DNA of 39,990 bases, taken from an uncultured Gammaproteobacteria bacterium. Its GTDB lineage: Bacteria; Patescibacteriota; Microgenomatia; Levybacterales; UBA12049. Below, piece after piece: positions 8,588 to 17,397 of this stretch (positions are counted from its first letter, which is position 1; each line of letters opens with the position of its first letter). The notes under the pieces were generated by a model. That model made no database searches. It was not told the DNA's origin and saw nothing but the letters and a program-made list of their open reading frames with translations. The stretch is from positions 1-39,990 of the forward strand of contig CAYPAU010000005.1 of assembly GCA_964408825.1 (NCBI GenBank), read 5' to 3'. Position numbers and translations under genes: made by a program.

Positions 8588-10941
8588 GGTCCGGGGATAA
8601 GTGGAGTAGGTGTTGGGGTAGGGCTCGGGGTTGGCGTTGGGGTTGGATTATTTTCTTCCTTCTTAGATTCTCCCGTATATCCTGAAGTTTCTGTGGGCGG
8701 ATGGTATTTCTCATCACCGGCATACTGGCCCGAGAGCCATGCACTTATCCCCTCCTGCCATCTATTTTTTCCATCAGTTGAGACAGGATCATCTTCGTGG
8801 AAAACAATATAATCTTTTGTGTCATATTCTTTATTTTCTATTTCCCAGGGGCTTGCAAGCTTACCCGAATCATGCCTTGACATTTTTACTTTTTGATAAA
8901 TATTTCCCGACCCGATCGGCTCCGTCCCTTTTATAAAGTACTCGGATCTTGTCGGCTGACCTCCTACAGGCAACCCTCCGCCTAAAGCATCTATTTCAAG
9001 AGCAATAACGCTATCGGGTTTTTTGGGAGATTCGTCTTTTTTACCTTCTAAAACAAAACTCATTACCCTGTTCCAGATAGGAGAGGCACCAGTTGCGCCT
9101 GATGCAATTGTAGGGTTCATTGGACTATTATCGTTATTTCCCACCCAAATCCCTACGACGAAAGAAGGTGTGTATCCAACGGCCCAGTTGTCTCTCTTCT
9201 GATCTGTTGTACCAGTTTTTACGGATACAGTTTTCCCCGGAATATTAAGATATGACCTTGTACCAAAAATCAGTGATCTCGCATTATTGTCTAAAAGAAT
9301 ATGAGAGATAAGAAAAGCAACTCCTTCGGATAAAACTCTTTCTCCGTTTTTCTTCTTATGTTCAAAGAGTTTTTTTCCTTTACTGTCGGTTACCTTAAGT
9401 ATTATAACCGGATTTTGTTTAACACCTTGATTGGCAAATACCGAATATGCGACGGCCTCATCAAGAAGAGATGTTTCTCTCCCTCCAAGAACAAGAGATA
9501 ATCCTACGTCTTTAAGATTTTCCGCTGTCGGCTCCCAGTTTTCTATTCCCATTGAATAACCTTTTTGCATTACGTCTTTTATGCCGACTCTTGCAAGCGT
9601 TTTGACTGCGGGGACGTTGATTGAATTACCTAAGGCAAATCTTATTTGCATAGGACCCCTAAATTTTCCATCATAATTTTCCGGGGTATATATGGGATGG
9701 GCGGCTTCATTTGTGGGAAAATCAGTTTTAACATCTATAAGGAGAGTCGATGGAGTATAACCTTTTTCAAAAGCTGTCGCATAAACAACAGGCTTTAAGG
9801 AAGACCCGGGTTGCCTCCTTGCTAAAGCAGTATTGAAATTTCCGTCATTATCTTCATCGAAATAATCCTTACTTCCTACCATCGACAAAATTTCTCCAGT
9901 CTTTGGATCCATGACAACTGCTGCTCCGTTTCCCACCCGATATCCCTTAAGCTTTTCAATCTCTTCTCTTACAATTTTTTCTGCCTCCTTTTCTATTTCG
10001 TAGTCGAGTGTAGTTGTTACCTGAAGACCTCCTTGCTCAACAGCTGATTCCCCAAACTGTTTTGCTAAAAGCTGTTTTACATAAATAACAAAATGAGGAG
10101 CCTTTATACTCTCGTCTCTTTTTGTGAATTTTTTATTTTTTATCTCAGAAAGCGCCTTTTCTTTCTCTTCTTTTGTTATGTATTTCTCATCAACCATCTG
10201 CTTCAATACCGCCTCGGTTCTCCCTATGTAGTATTTATTTCCTGAATAAGGAGAGTAGATGCTTGGAGATTGAGGCAAACCTGCAAGAAAAGCACTTTCC
10301 GCAAGATTTAAATCTCTTACATCCTTGCCAAAGTAGCTTTGAGCGGCTGCCTCAACTCCGATATTTGCTCCCCCATACGGAACATCATTTAAGTACATTT
10401 CAAGAATTTGGTCTTTTGAATATCTCTGATTAACCTGAATAGCAAGCATTAATTCCTTGATTTTTCGAGGAACAGTTTTTTCCGATGAGAGAAGAACTGT
10501 TTTAACAAGCTGTTGCGTAATTGTCGAACCACCCGTTAATCCTTTAAAAAGAAGAATGTCTCTTATTGCGCGGATGTAGCCAAAAATTGAAAAACCTTGG
10601 TTTTTATAAAAATCCCTATCTTCTATTGCGATCGTCGCTTCTTTAAGATTCTGTGGAATATCCGAAAGTTTTACATAGGTTCTGTTCTGATCCTGATAAA
10701 CAGAGTAGAGGAGGACACCTTTTCTGTCATAGATTCTTGTTGAATTTGCAAGCTGGGCATCTATTAATTTGCCGGGAGTGGGCAGATCTTTACCATACCA
10801 AAGAAATAAAACTATTGTAAGCAAAACCAAACCAATAAATCCGAGGAGTGCGTATCTTGAAAGCTTTGAGTAGAGAAGAATTTTGGAGTAATTACTTTTT
10901 CTAAACCTTGTCCTTCGACTGCGTCTTGCGTAATCAACCAT
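8584..10941 (-). CDS. Class A penicillin-binding protein (glycosyltransferase plus transpeptidase) with a C-terminal Pro/Thr tail
   Basis: N-terminal TM, GT51 motifs (EDRDFY, GGSTITQQ), transpeptidase SSLKP and KTGTT, and the tail PTPTPTPSPTPTPTP. Confidence 0.92.
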   Translation of the reverse strand: MVDYARRSRRTRFRKSNYSKILLYSKLSRYALLGFIGLVLLTIVLFLWYGKDLPTPGKLIDAQLANSTRIYDRKGVLLYSVYQDQNRTYVKLSDIPQNLKEATIAIEDRDFYKNQGFSIFGYIRAIRDILLFKGLTGGSTITQQLVKTVLLSSEKTVPRKIKELMLAIQVNQRYSKDQILEMYLNDVPYGGANIGVEAAAQSYFGKDVRDLNLAESAFLAGLPQSPSIYSPYSGNKYYIGRTEAVLKQMVDEKYITKEEKEKALSEIKNKKFTKRDESIKAPHFVIYVKQLLAKQFGESAVEQGGLQVTTTLDYEIEKEAEKIVREEIEKLKGYRVGNGAAVVMDPKTGEILSMVGSKDYFDEDNDGNFNTALARRQPGSSLKPVVYATAFEKGYTPSTLLIDVKTDFPTNEAAHPIYTPENYDGKFRGPMQIRFALGNSINVPAVKTLARVGIKDVMQKGYSMGIENWEPTAENLKDVGLSLVLGGRETSLLDEAVAYSVFANQGVKQNPVIILKVTDSKGKKLFEHKKKNGERVLSEGVAFLISHILLDNNARSLIFGTRSYLNIPGKTVSVKTGTTDQKRDNWAVGYTPSFVVGIWVGNNDNSPMNPTIASGATGASPIWNRVMSFVLEGKKDESPKKPDSVIALEIDALGGGLPVGGQPTRSEYFIKGTEPIGSGNIYQKVKMSRHDSGKLASPWEIENKEYDTKDYIVFHEDDPVSTDGKNRWQEGISAWLSGQYAGDEKYHPPTETSGYTGESKKEENNPTPTPTPSPTPTPTPLIPGP

Positions 10942-10948
10942 ACCTTAA

Positions 10949-10957
10949 ATTATAACA
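10949..10957 (-). promoter_or_regulatory. Extended -10 box TGtTATAAT (minus strand), 7 nt before PBP ATG 10941
   Basis: The minus strand reads ttTGtTATAATttaaggtATG. Confidence 0.55.
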
Positions 10958-10963
10958 AAAACC

Positions 10964-10996
10964 AGTTGCCAGTGGCTAGTTGCTAGTGGCTAGTGT
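10964..10996. repeat. Heptamer tandem repeat (AGTKGCY)n, CTAGT-word family
   Basis: agttgcc agtggct agttgct agtggct agtg. It lies in the PBP/tyrS divergent spacer. A related array is at 31751-31785. Confidence 0.85.
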
Positions 10997-11002
10997 TATA
11001 CT
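10994..11002 (+). promoter_or_regulatory. Extended -10 box TGtTATACT, 6 nt before tyrS ATG 11009
   Basis: TG 10994-10995, TATACT 10997-11002, N6, ATG. No SD present. Confidence 0.55.
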
Positions 11003-11008
11003 TAGGTC

Positions 11009-12175
11009 ATGGATAAAGTTGAAGAATTATTAAGCAGAGGGGTTGCAAATATAATTCCTTCCAGAAGGACCTTGGAGGATAAACTTAAGTCAGGTGAAAA
11101 ATTAAATGTTTACCTGGGAATTGATCCCACGGCCACTAAGATTCACCTTGGTCACGCAGTGCCCCTTAGGAAACTTCAGCAATTCGCAGATTTGGGACAT
11201 AATGTAACGTTCTTAATAGGTGATTTTACCGCTCTTATTGGGGACACATCCGACAAGGAGAGCGAAAGACCAGTGCTCACATCAGGAGAAATCGAAGAAA
11301 ATTTTAAAACTTACAAAAAACAGGCGGAAAAAATTCTTGATTTTTCAAAAATTAAAGTAAGATATAACAGCGAGTGGCTTAATAATTTGTCCTTTAAAAA
11401 CGTCGTTAAGCTTGCCCAAGAATTTTCATTTGGAGACTTTGGCAGCAGAGAGATGATAAAAAAAAGATTGTCCGCAGGAAAAAGAGTCGGACTTGCCGAA
11501 GGTCTTTATCCTACGATGCAAGGATACGACAGTTATTTCATGGATACCGATGTCCAAATCGGAGGAACCGATCAAACATTTAATATGCAGGCAGGGAGAA
11601 TTCTTCAGAGAAACTGGAGAAAAAAAGAATCTTATATTCTTGCCACGCAGTTTCTGCCCGGCGCCGACGGCCGTAAGATGAGCAAAACCTGGAATAATGC
11701 AATTTGGCTTGATGATTCTCCCAATGATATGTTTGCCAAGATAATGGCGGTAAATGATGATCTTATTGTCCAATACTTTACGCTTGCAACCAATCTTCCG
11801 CTTGGCGCAGTAAGAAATATCGAAGAAGAATTAAAAAATCCTCTCGGTGCGAAAAAAGAGTTGGCAAGACAAATAGTTAAAGAGCTTCACGGAGATAGGG
11901 AAGCAGAAGAGGCCGAAAACAATTTCGAAAAAACAGTTCAAAAAGGTCAAGCCCCGCAGGATATTAAAGTTTTCACTTTTGATAAAATTAAAACTATGGA
12001 CGACGTCCTTGTCGATACGGGGCTTGCAGTCAGCAAATCAGAGGCAAGAAGGCTTATTGAGCAAGGAGGAGTTTCTGTGGACGGAAACATAATTGATAAT
12101 CCAAACCAGAAGATTAAAGAGGGGATAATCAAAGTAGGAAAATATAAATTCGCAAAAATAAAACCTGCCCCCTAA
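11009..12175 (+). CDS. tyrS: Tyrosyl-tRNA synthetase
   Basis: HIGH-type HLGH motif, KMSKT motif and a C-terminal S4 domain. 388 aa. Confidence 0.93.
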   Translation: MDKVEELLSRGVANIIPSRRTLEDKLKSGEKLNVYLGIDPTATKIHLGHAVPLRKLQQFADLGHNVTFLIGDFTALIGDTSDKESERPVLTSGEIEENFKTYKKQAEKILDFSKIKVRYNSEWLNNLSFKNVVKLAQEFSFGDFGSREMIKKRLSAGKRVGLAEGLYPTMQGYDSYFMDTDVQIGGTDQTFNMQAGRILQRNWRKKESYILATQFLPGADGRKMSKTWNNAIWLDDSPNDMFAKIMAVNDDLIVQYFTLATNLPLGAVRNIEEELKNPLGAKKELARQIVKELHGDREAEEAENNFEKTVQKGQAPQDIKVFTFDKIKTMDDVLVDTGLAVSKSEARRLIEQGGVSVDGNIIDNPNQKIKEGIIKVGKYKFAKIKPAP

Positions 12176-12184
12176 TTTTTTCAG

Positions 12185-13546
12185 ATGAGCAAAGAAACAG
12201 GAATCCCGCTTGTGGTTGGTGGCGGTGGTAGAGAATCTTCTCTCGTGCATGGTTATTCAAAAAGTCCTCATGTAAAGCGTGTTGTTTCAGTTCCCGGAAA
12301 TGATTTAATGCAAGATACCTCAGAAAAACCCGTCCAGATTTATCCCGATCTGAAAACCACTGACGTAAATGCAATTCTTGATGTTTGTAAAAGAGAAGAC
12401 GTTGACCTTGTAGATGTGGCTCAAGATAATGCTATTGAAGTAGGACTCGTTGATGCACTTAGGCAAAAGGGGATTCCCGTGGTTGGTCCTACGAGAGACG
12501 CGGGAGAAATTGAATGGAGTAAAGTTTTTGCAAGAAACATGGGAAAAATAATCGGTCTTACTCAACCAGATTATGGAGTTTTTAGCACAATGGAGGAGGG
12601 TGTGGAATATTTATTAAAACAGCCTGTCAATAAATCCTGGTTTGTTAAAGCGGATGGTCTTGCTGAAGGAAAAGGGGTAATCCCAATCGAGGGAAAGAAA
12701 GAAATAAGAGCCAGAATAAAAGAATTACGAGATAGATTCCCTGATGCTTCCGGAATCTATCTGATTGAAGACTGGATTGGCAAAGAACAGGAACCTTATG
12801 AAAAAGGAGAAGAATTCTCCTATTTTGTAATAACCGATGGAAAAATATTTAAAAGACTGGGAGCCGCCCAAGATCAAAAACGTCTTTATGACAATGATCA
12901 AGGACCAAATACAGGAGGAATGGGATGCACCTCTCCACCATTTTTGCTAACCCAAAAAATGAATTCAATTATAGATGACGAAATTATAAGTCGTGTTTTT
13001 GAATACTTAAGATACATAGGAAGAGAATATAAAGGAGTATTGTATTTAGGAGGAATTTATCTACGCAATCGTAATAAAATTTATGTAATAGAGTTTAATG
13101 CACGCTGGGGAGATCCTGAGGCACAAGTAGTAGTACCTAGTCTTACAACTGATTTATATGAACTTGGCATTGCGGTTTCTGACGGACGTCTTAGAAAGAT
13201 TAAAGTTGGAGTAGATGGAAAATATAGAATTGCAGTTGCAGGAGTCGCGAAAGGCTATCCATATAATCACGGAGGAGTAAAGGGTAAAGAAATATTTGGT
13301 ATTGATGATGCAAGAAAAATGGATGGAGTAACCATTTACGGAGCGGGTGTAGCAAAAGTTGAGGGAAAATATTATGTGAACGGTGGAAGATTATTTTATG
13401 TGGTTGGGGAAGGAGACAGTCTAATAGAAGTAAGGGGCAAGGTATATGAGGCCATGAAGAGAATACGCGTTGAAGGAGATAACCTTCATTACAGAACCGA
13501 TACTGGACTAAGAGATGCAGGAAGATTCCGAAATGAAAATAGATAG
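12185..13546 (+). CDS. purD: Phosphoribosylamine-glycine ligase
   Basis: GGGGRE N-terminus, ATP-grasp core (EFNARWGDPE), 453 aa. Confidence 0.88.
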   Translation: MSKETGIPLVVGGGGRESSLVHGYSKSPHVKRVVSVPGNDLMQDTSEKPVQIYPDLKTTDVNAILDVCKREDVDLVDVAQDNAIEVGLVDALRQKGIPVVGPTRDAGEIEWSKVFARNMGKIIGLTQPDYGVFSTMEEGVEYLLKQPVNKSWFVKADGLAEGKGVIPIEGKKEIRARIKELRDRFPDASGIYLIEDWIGKEQEPYEKGEEFSYFVITDGKIFKRLGAAQDQKRLYDNDQGPNTGGMGCTSPPFLLTQKMNSIIDDEIISRVFEYLRYIGREYKGVLYLGGIYLRNRNKIYVIEFNARWGDPEAQVVVPSLTTDLYELGIAVSDGRLRKIKVGVDGKYRIAVAGVAKGYPYNHGGVKGKEIFGIDDARKMDGVTIYGAGVAKVEGKYYVNGGRLFYVVGEGDSLIEVRGKVYEAMKRIRVEGDNLHYRTDTGLRDAGRFRNENR

Positions 13547-15065
13547 ATACGCGTTAATAAGTGTCTATGATAAACAGGGGATTGTGGAGTTTGCAAAATC
13601 TCTTTCTTCTTTAGGTTATAAAATAATCTCAACCGGCGGGACAGCGAAAATTTTAACAGAAAGCAATATCTCTGTAATCCCAATTGAGAAAATTACCGGA
13701 AATCCGGAAAGTTTTGATGGGAGAATGAAGACGATAAGTTTTCAAATAGAATCGGGAATACTTTTTGACAGAGTAAATAGGAAACATCAACAAGAAGCAA
13801 AAAAATTAAAAATCAAACCCATCGATATTGTGGTTTGCAATTTCTATCCTTTTGAAAAAAAGAGAACTATAGAAAACATAGATGTGGGCGGACCCACGAT
13901 GATAAGAGCAGCGGCGAAAAATTATAAAAATGTTTTGGTAATCATCGATCCTTCGGATTACGTGTCGACAATTGATAAACTTCGCAACAAAACTATCACC
14001 GAAAAATTTAGAAAATACCTTGCCGCAAAATCATTTGCTCATTTATCCCTATATGATTCTGAAATAGCTGGGTATTTAAGCGGTGAGAAGTTTCCCCACG
14101 AGTTAACAATTGCGGGAAGAAAAGTAATTAATCTGCGTTATGGAGAGAACCCGCATCAAAAAGCAGCCTTTTACCTTTTTCCGAAATCGACGTCAATTTT
14201 AAGAAAACTCAAGAAACTTTGGGGACGGGATTTATCTTTGGTCAATATTACGGACATTAACGCCGGAATTGAAACGGTCCGGATGTTTGATGCTCCATGT
14301 TCGGTTGTTATAAAACATAATAGCGCTTGTGGAATCGCACTTGGCAAAACGCCTCAGCAGTCCCTTAGATTAGCAATAGAAGCAGATCCCGAATCCGCTT
14401 TTGGGGGAGTGATTGTATTGAATAAAACTTTTAATATAAAATGTGCTGAAATTTTATCCGATTTTAAAAACAAAAGAAAAGCAAATATGGATATAGTCGC
14501 TTCTCCAAAATTTGAAGATAAAGCTATCAAGCTTCTATCCAGAGTGAGAAAAAGTATTGGAGTGTATCAACTTGGTAATTTAAAGAAATCTTCTGCTAAA
14601 AACTTTAATATCAAATGGGTGGACGGAGGATTTATCATTCAAACTCAAGATCTGTATTCGCCTCAAAGCTTTAAGTCATGGGAAGTGGTAACAAAAATAA
14701 AACCAACCAAAAAACAACTTGAACAAATGAAAATTGCGTGGCTTTTTATAACACGAGTAAGATCGAATTCCGTGATTGTAGTTGATAAAAGTATCCCAAT
14801 GACAAGAGGTATAGGCTCGGGCCAAACTTCAAGGATAAGATCTGCTAAAATTGCTCTCTTACAAGCAGGAAGATTCGCAAGAGGGGCAATCCTTGCAAGT
14901 GACAGTTTTTTTCCTTTTGACGACTGCGTTAAACTTGCAGCAAAATACAAAATTGGCGGAATAGTTCAGCAAGGAGGGTCGGTAAATGACAATCTATCAA
15001 TAAAAGCTGCTGATAGAGCAAAGATTCCTATGGTCTTTACACACCGACGGGCATTTTGGCACTGA
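13533..15065 (+). CDS. purH: Bifunctional AICAR formyltransferase / IMP cyclohydrolase
   Basis: N-terminus MKIDRYALISVYDKQGIVEFA (MGS-like), YGENPHQ, and a C-terminal AICARFT domain. The ORF track start 13515 lies upstream, but ATG 13533 matches family N-termini better. Confidence 0.9.
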   Translation: MKIDRYALISVYDKQGIVEFAKSLSSLGYKIISTGGTAKILTESNISVIPIEKITGNPESFDGRMKTISFQIESGILFDRVNRKHQQEAKKLKIKPIDIVVCNFYPFEKKRTIENIDVGGPTMIRAAAKNYKNVLVIIDPSDYVSTIDKLRNKTITEKFRKYLAAKSFAHLSLYDSEIAGYLSGEKFPHELTIAGRKVINLRYGENPHQKAAFYLFPKSTSILRKLKKLWGRDLSLVNITDINAGIETVRMFDAPCSVVIKHNSACGIALGKTPQQSLRLAIEADPESAFGGVIVLNKTFNIKCAEILSDFKNKRKANMDIVASPKFEDKAIKLLSRVRKSIGVYQLGNLKKSSAKNFNIKWVDGGFIIQTQDLYSPQSFKSWEVVTKIKPTKKQLEQMKIAWLFITRVRSNSVIVVDKSIPMTRGIGSGQTSRIRSAKIALLQAGRFARGAILASDSFFPFDDCVKLAAKYKIGGIVQQGGSVNDNLSIKAADRAKIPMVFTHRRAFWH

Positions 15066-15073
15066 TTATTTTA

Positions 15074-15082
15074 TGGTATTAT
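15074..15082 (+). promoter_or_regulatory. Extended -10 box TGgTATTAT, 6 nt before ATG 15089
   Basis: TG 15074-15075, TATTAT 15077-15082, N6, ATG. Confidence 0.45.
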
Positions 15083-15088
15083 ATATCT

Positions 15089-15184
15089 ATGGATATCTTC
15101 AGAAAACACCAGTGGATTTGGAAAGTAATTGTTGCTGTCGCAACGCTTGCTCTAATCGCTACATCTGTCCTCCCGTATTTTTAG
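15089..15184 (+). CDS. Candidate 31-aa single-pass membrane peptide (MDIFRKHQWIWKVIVAVATLALIATSVLPYF)
   Basis: The ORF is below the track cutoff. It has a hydrophobic helix and the same -10/N6/ATG architecture as bona fide genes in this window. Confidence 0.35.
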   Translation: MDIFRKHQWIWKVIVAVATLALIATSVLPYF

Positions 15185-15187
15185 CCT

Positions 15188-15215
15188 TTGAAAGTAAAAG
15201 TTTAATAGTTATAAT
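15188..15215 (+). promoter_or_regulatory. Promoter TTGAAA-N16-TATAAT upstream of recG
   Basis: TTGAAA 15188-15193 and TATAAT 15210-15215, about 60 nt before recG ATG 15276. Confidence 0.45.
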
Positions 15216-15275
15216 AGCTAGATGGTTACATAGCTTCTCAGACAATTAATTATATAGCTATTTAGCAATTTTTCT

Positions 15276-17363
15276 ATGAATCTTGACAAATCGGTCAAAA
15301 GCATGGGCGGTATTTACAAAAAATATGCCGGCCGTCTTGAAAAACTCGGAATAATAAAACTTGAAGATTTTCTCTATCACATCCCTTTTCGCTACGAAGA
15401 TTACTCTCTAATTTCCAAGATAAACAAAGTTCAGGCAGGAGAGACAGTGACCATACAGGGTAAAATTTCGGAGATAAAAAATGAATACACAAGAAGATGG
15501 AAAAATCTTCAAAAAGCAAGGGTTAGGGATAAATCCGGAACTATAGATATAATTTGGTTTAACCAACCCTTTATTCCAAAAATCTTAAAAAAGAACGACC
15601 GCGTCTCTCTCTCCGGAAGGGTAAAACAATATCTAGGAAAAAATATCCTGGAATCCCCGGAATATGAAACTTTAAACGAGCAAACTATTCATACGGGAAG
15701 ACTCATCCCCATCTACAGCGAAACCCGAGGCATCTCGTCCAAATGGATAAGAAAACAAATACATAATTTAATTAGGGAACATAGGGATGAGTTCAAGGAA
15801 TATCTTCCCGATGAAATTCTTAGTATAAATAACTTTTTAAATTTTAAGAATGCTATTGAGCAAATACATTTTCCTTCTTCAAAAAAAAATGCAGAACTTG
15901 CCCGGGAAAGACTTTCCTTCGATGAACTTTTTCTTCTTCAGCTTAAGAGTATGATTAAGAAAGCGCAGTGGAAGAAGAAAAAAGCTTCCAATGTTTTTGA
16001 GGTTTCAAAATTCAGAGAAGAAATCGGAGAGTTTTTAGAAAAACTTCCTTTTAAACTAACCAATTCTCAAAAAAAAGCAGTCGAGGATATTTTAAAAGAC
16101 CTGAAATCAAAAAAACCAATGAACAGACTTCTGGAAGGAGACGTCGGATCGGGTAAAACTGTGGTTTCAGCAATTACAATGTATTTATCCTTTTTAAACG
16201 GGTTCCAGTCAGTTTTGATGGCACCCACAGAAATTCTCGCACAACAACACTACAAGACAATTTCTGATTTATTAAACCCTTTTGGAGTAAAAGTCGGTTT
16301 AGTAACAGGATCAAAGAAATGGAAAATGCTCGCCCCGCGAAGCTTGGACGAAGCGGGGGAAAATGCTCGCCCCGCGAAGCTTGGACGAAGCGGGGGAAAA
16401 TGGAAAATCGATATCCTTGTCGGTACTCACGCTGTAATTTACGGAAAATTAAATTTTGAAAACTTAGGACTTGTTGTGATAGATGAACAGCAAAGGTTTG
16501 GTGTAAAACAGAGATCTCAGCTACGCAACAGAGGGAAAAATCCTCATCTTCTAACGATGACCGCAACTCCGATACCAAGAACCGTTGCACTTGTCATTTA
16601 TGGAGAACTGGATGTCTCATTTCTTTCTGAAATGCCCCATGGACGAAAAACAGTAAAAACATGGCTTGTGCCCGAAGAAAAAAGAGAAAATGCATATGTT
16701 TGGATCGAAAAAGAAATAAAAAACACGAATTCACAAGCATTTATAATTTGTCCTTTTATAGAGGAATCTGAAACCATGGTTTCAGTCAAAGCCGCAACCA
16801 AAGAATTTGAAAGGCTTAAAAAAAACGTTTTTCCAAGATTAAAACTCAAACTTCTGCATGGAAAACAAAAAAGTGAGGGAAAAGAGGAAATCTTAAATGA
16901 TTTTAAAAAGGGGACGGTGGATATACTTGTCGCAACACCGGTCGTTGAAGTTGGTATTGACATTCCCAATGCAACAATAATGCTTGTTGAAGCCTCAGAA
17001 AGATTTGGCCTTTCGCAACTTCATCAACTCAGAGGAAGAGTGGGCAGGAGTGATAAACAATCTTATTGTCTTTTATTTACGGATTCAAAAAACGAAAAAA
17101 CGCTCAAGAGATTAAAGAGTATGGAAAGCATTAACGTGGGCGCGCAATTGGCAGAGCTTGATTTAAAACTCAGAGGACCGGGCGAAATCTACGGAACATC
17201 TCAGCACGGAATTCAGGCTCTTAAAATCGCGTCATTTTCCGATTTTTCTGGAATTGAAAAATCCAGAAAAGAAGCAGAGGCCATTTTACCCAAATTTAAA
17301 AAATATCCAATGCTTCTTAACAAAATAAAGTCCGAAAACCTCGCCGAAATCTCTCCCGATTGA
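15276..17363 (+). CDS. recG: ATP-dependent DNA helicase RecG
   Basis: OB wedge domain, helicase motifs GDVGSGKT, DEQQRFG, TATPIPRT and QLRGRVGR. 695 aa. It contains an in-frame repeat insert. Confidence 0.92.
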   Translation: MNLDKSVKSMGGIYKKYAGRLEKLGIIKLEDFLYHIPFRYEDYSLISKINKVQAGETVTIQGKISEIKNEYTRRWKNLQKARVRDKSGTIDIIWFNQPFIPKILKKNDRVSLSGRVKQYLGKNILESPEYETLNEQTIHTGRLIPIYSETRGISSKWIRKQIHNLIREHRDEFKEYLPDEILSINNFLNFKNAIEQIHFPSSKKNAELARERLSFDELFLLQLKSMIKKAQWKKKKASNVFEVSKFREEIGEFLEKLPFKLTNSQKKAVEDILKDLKSKKPMNRLLEGDVGSGKTVVSAITMYLSFLNGFQSVLMAPTEILAQQHYKTISDLLNPFGVKVGLVTGSKKWKMLAPRSLDEAGENARPAKLGRSGGKWKIDILVGTHAVIYGKLNFENLGLVVIDEQQRFGVKQRSQLRNRGKNPHLLTMTATPIPRTVALVIYGELDVSFLSEMPHGRKTVKTWLVPEEKRENAYVWIEKEIKNTNSQAFIICPFIEESETMVSVKAATKEFERLKKNVFPRLKLKLLHGKQKSEGKEEILNDFKKGTVDILVATPVVEVGIDIPNATIMLVEASERFGLSQLHQLRGRVGRSDKQSYCLLFTDSKNEKTLKRLKSMESINVGAQLAELDLKLRGPGEIYGTSQHGIQALKIASFSDFSGIEKSRKEAEAILPKFKKYPMLLNKIKSENLAEISPD
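16323..16396 (+). repeat. Tandem 2 x 37-nt GC-rich hairpin repeat inside recG
   Basis: The unit AAAATGCTCGCCCCGCGAAGCTTGGACGAAGCGGGGG is identical at 16323-16359 and 16360-16396. It is flanked by AAATGGAAAAT at 16317 and 16398, 81 nt apart. Confidence 0.95.
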
Positions 17364-17379
17364 AATAAAAAATTTCTTC

Positions 17380-17388
17380 TGTTAAAAT
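17380..17388 (+). promoter_or_regulatory. Extended -10 box TGtTAAAAT, 9 nt before ATG 17398
   Basis: TG 17380-17381 and TAAAAT 17383-17388. This implies a very short or absent leader. Confidence 0.4.
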
Positions 17389-17397
17389 TTTGTTCTA

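Noticed and set aside
2252-11008. T-box or other long aaRS leader riboswitches upstream of thrS, pheS and tyrS.
   Set aside because: The upstream gaps are 5 nt (thrS), about 150 nt with only simple hairpins (pheS) and 67 nt (tyrS). That is too short, and they lack specifier or T-box sequence features.
16323-16396. The 37-nt direct repeats in recG as a possible CRISPR array.
   Set aside because: There are only two copies, directly abutting with no spacers, inside an intact conserved ORF, and no cas genes are in the window.
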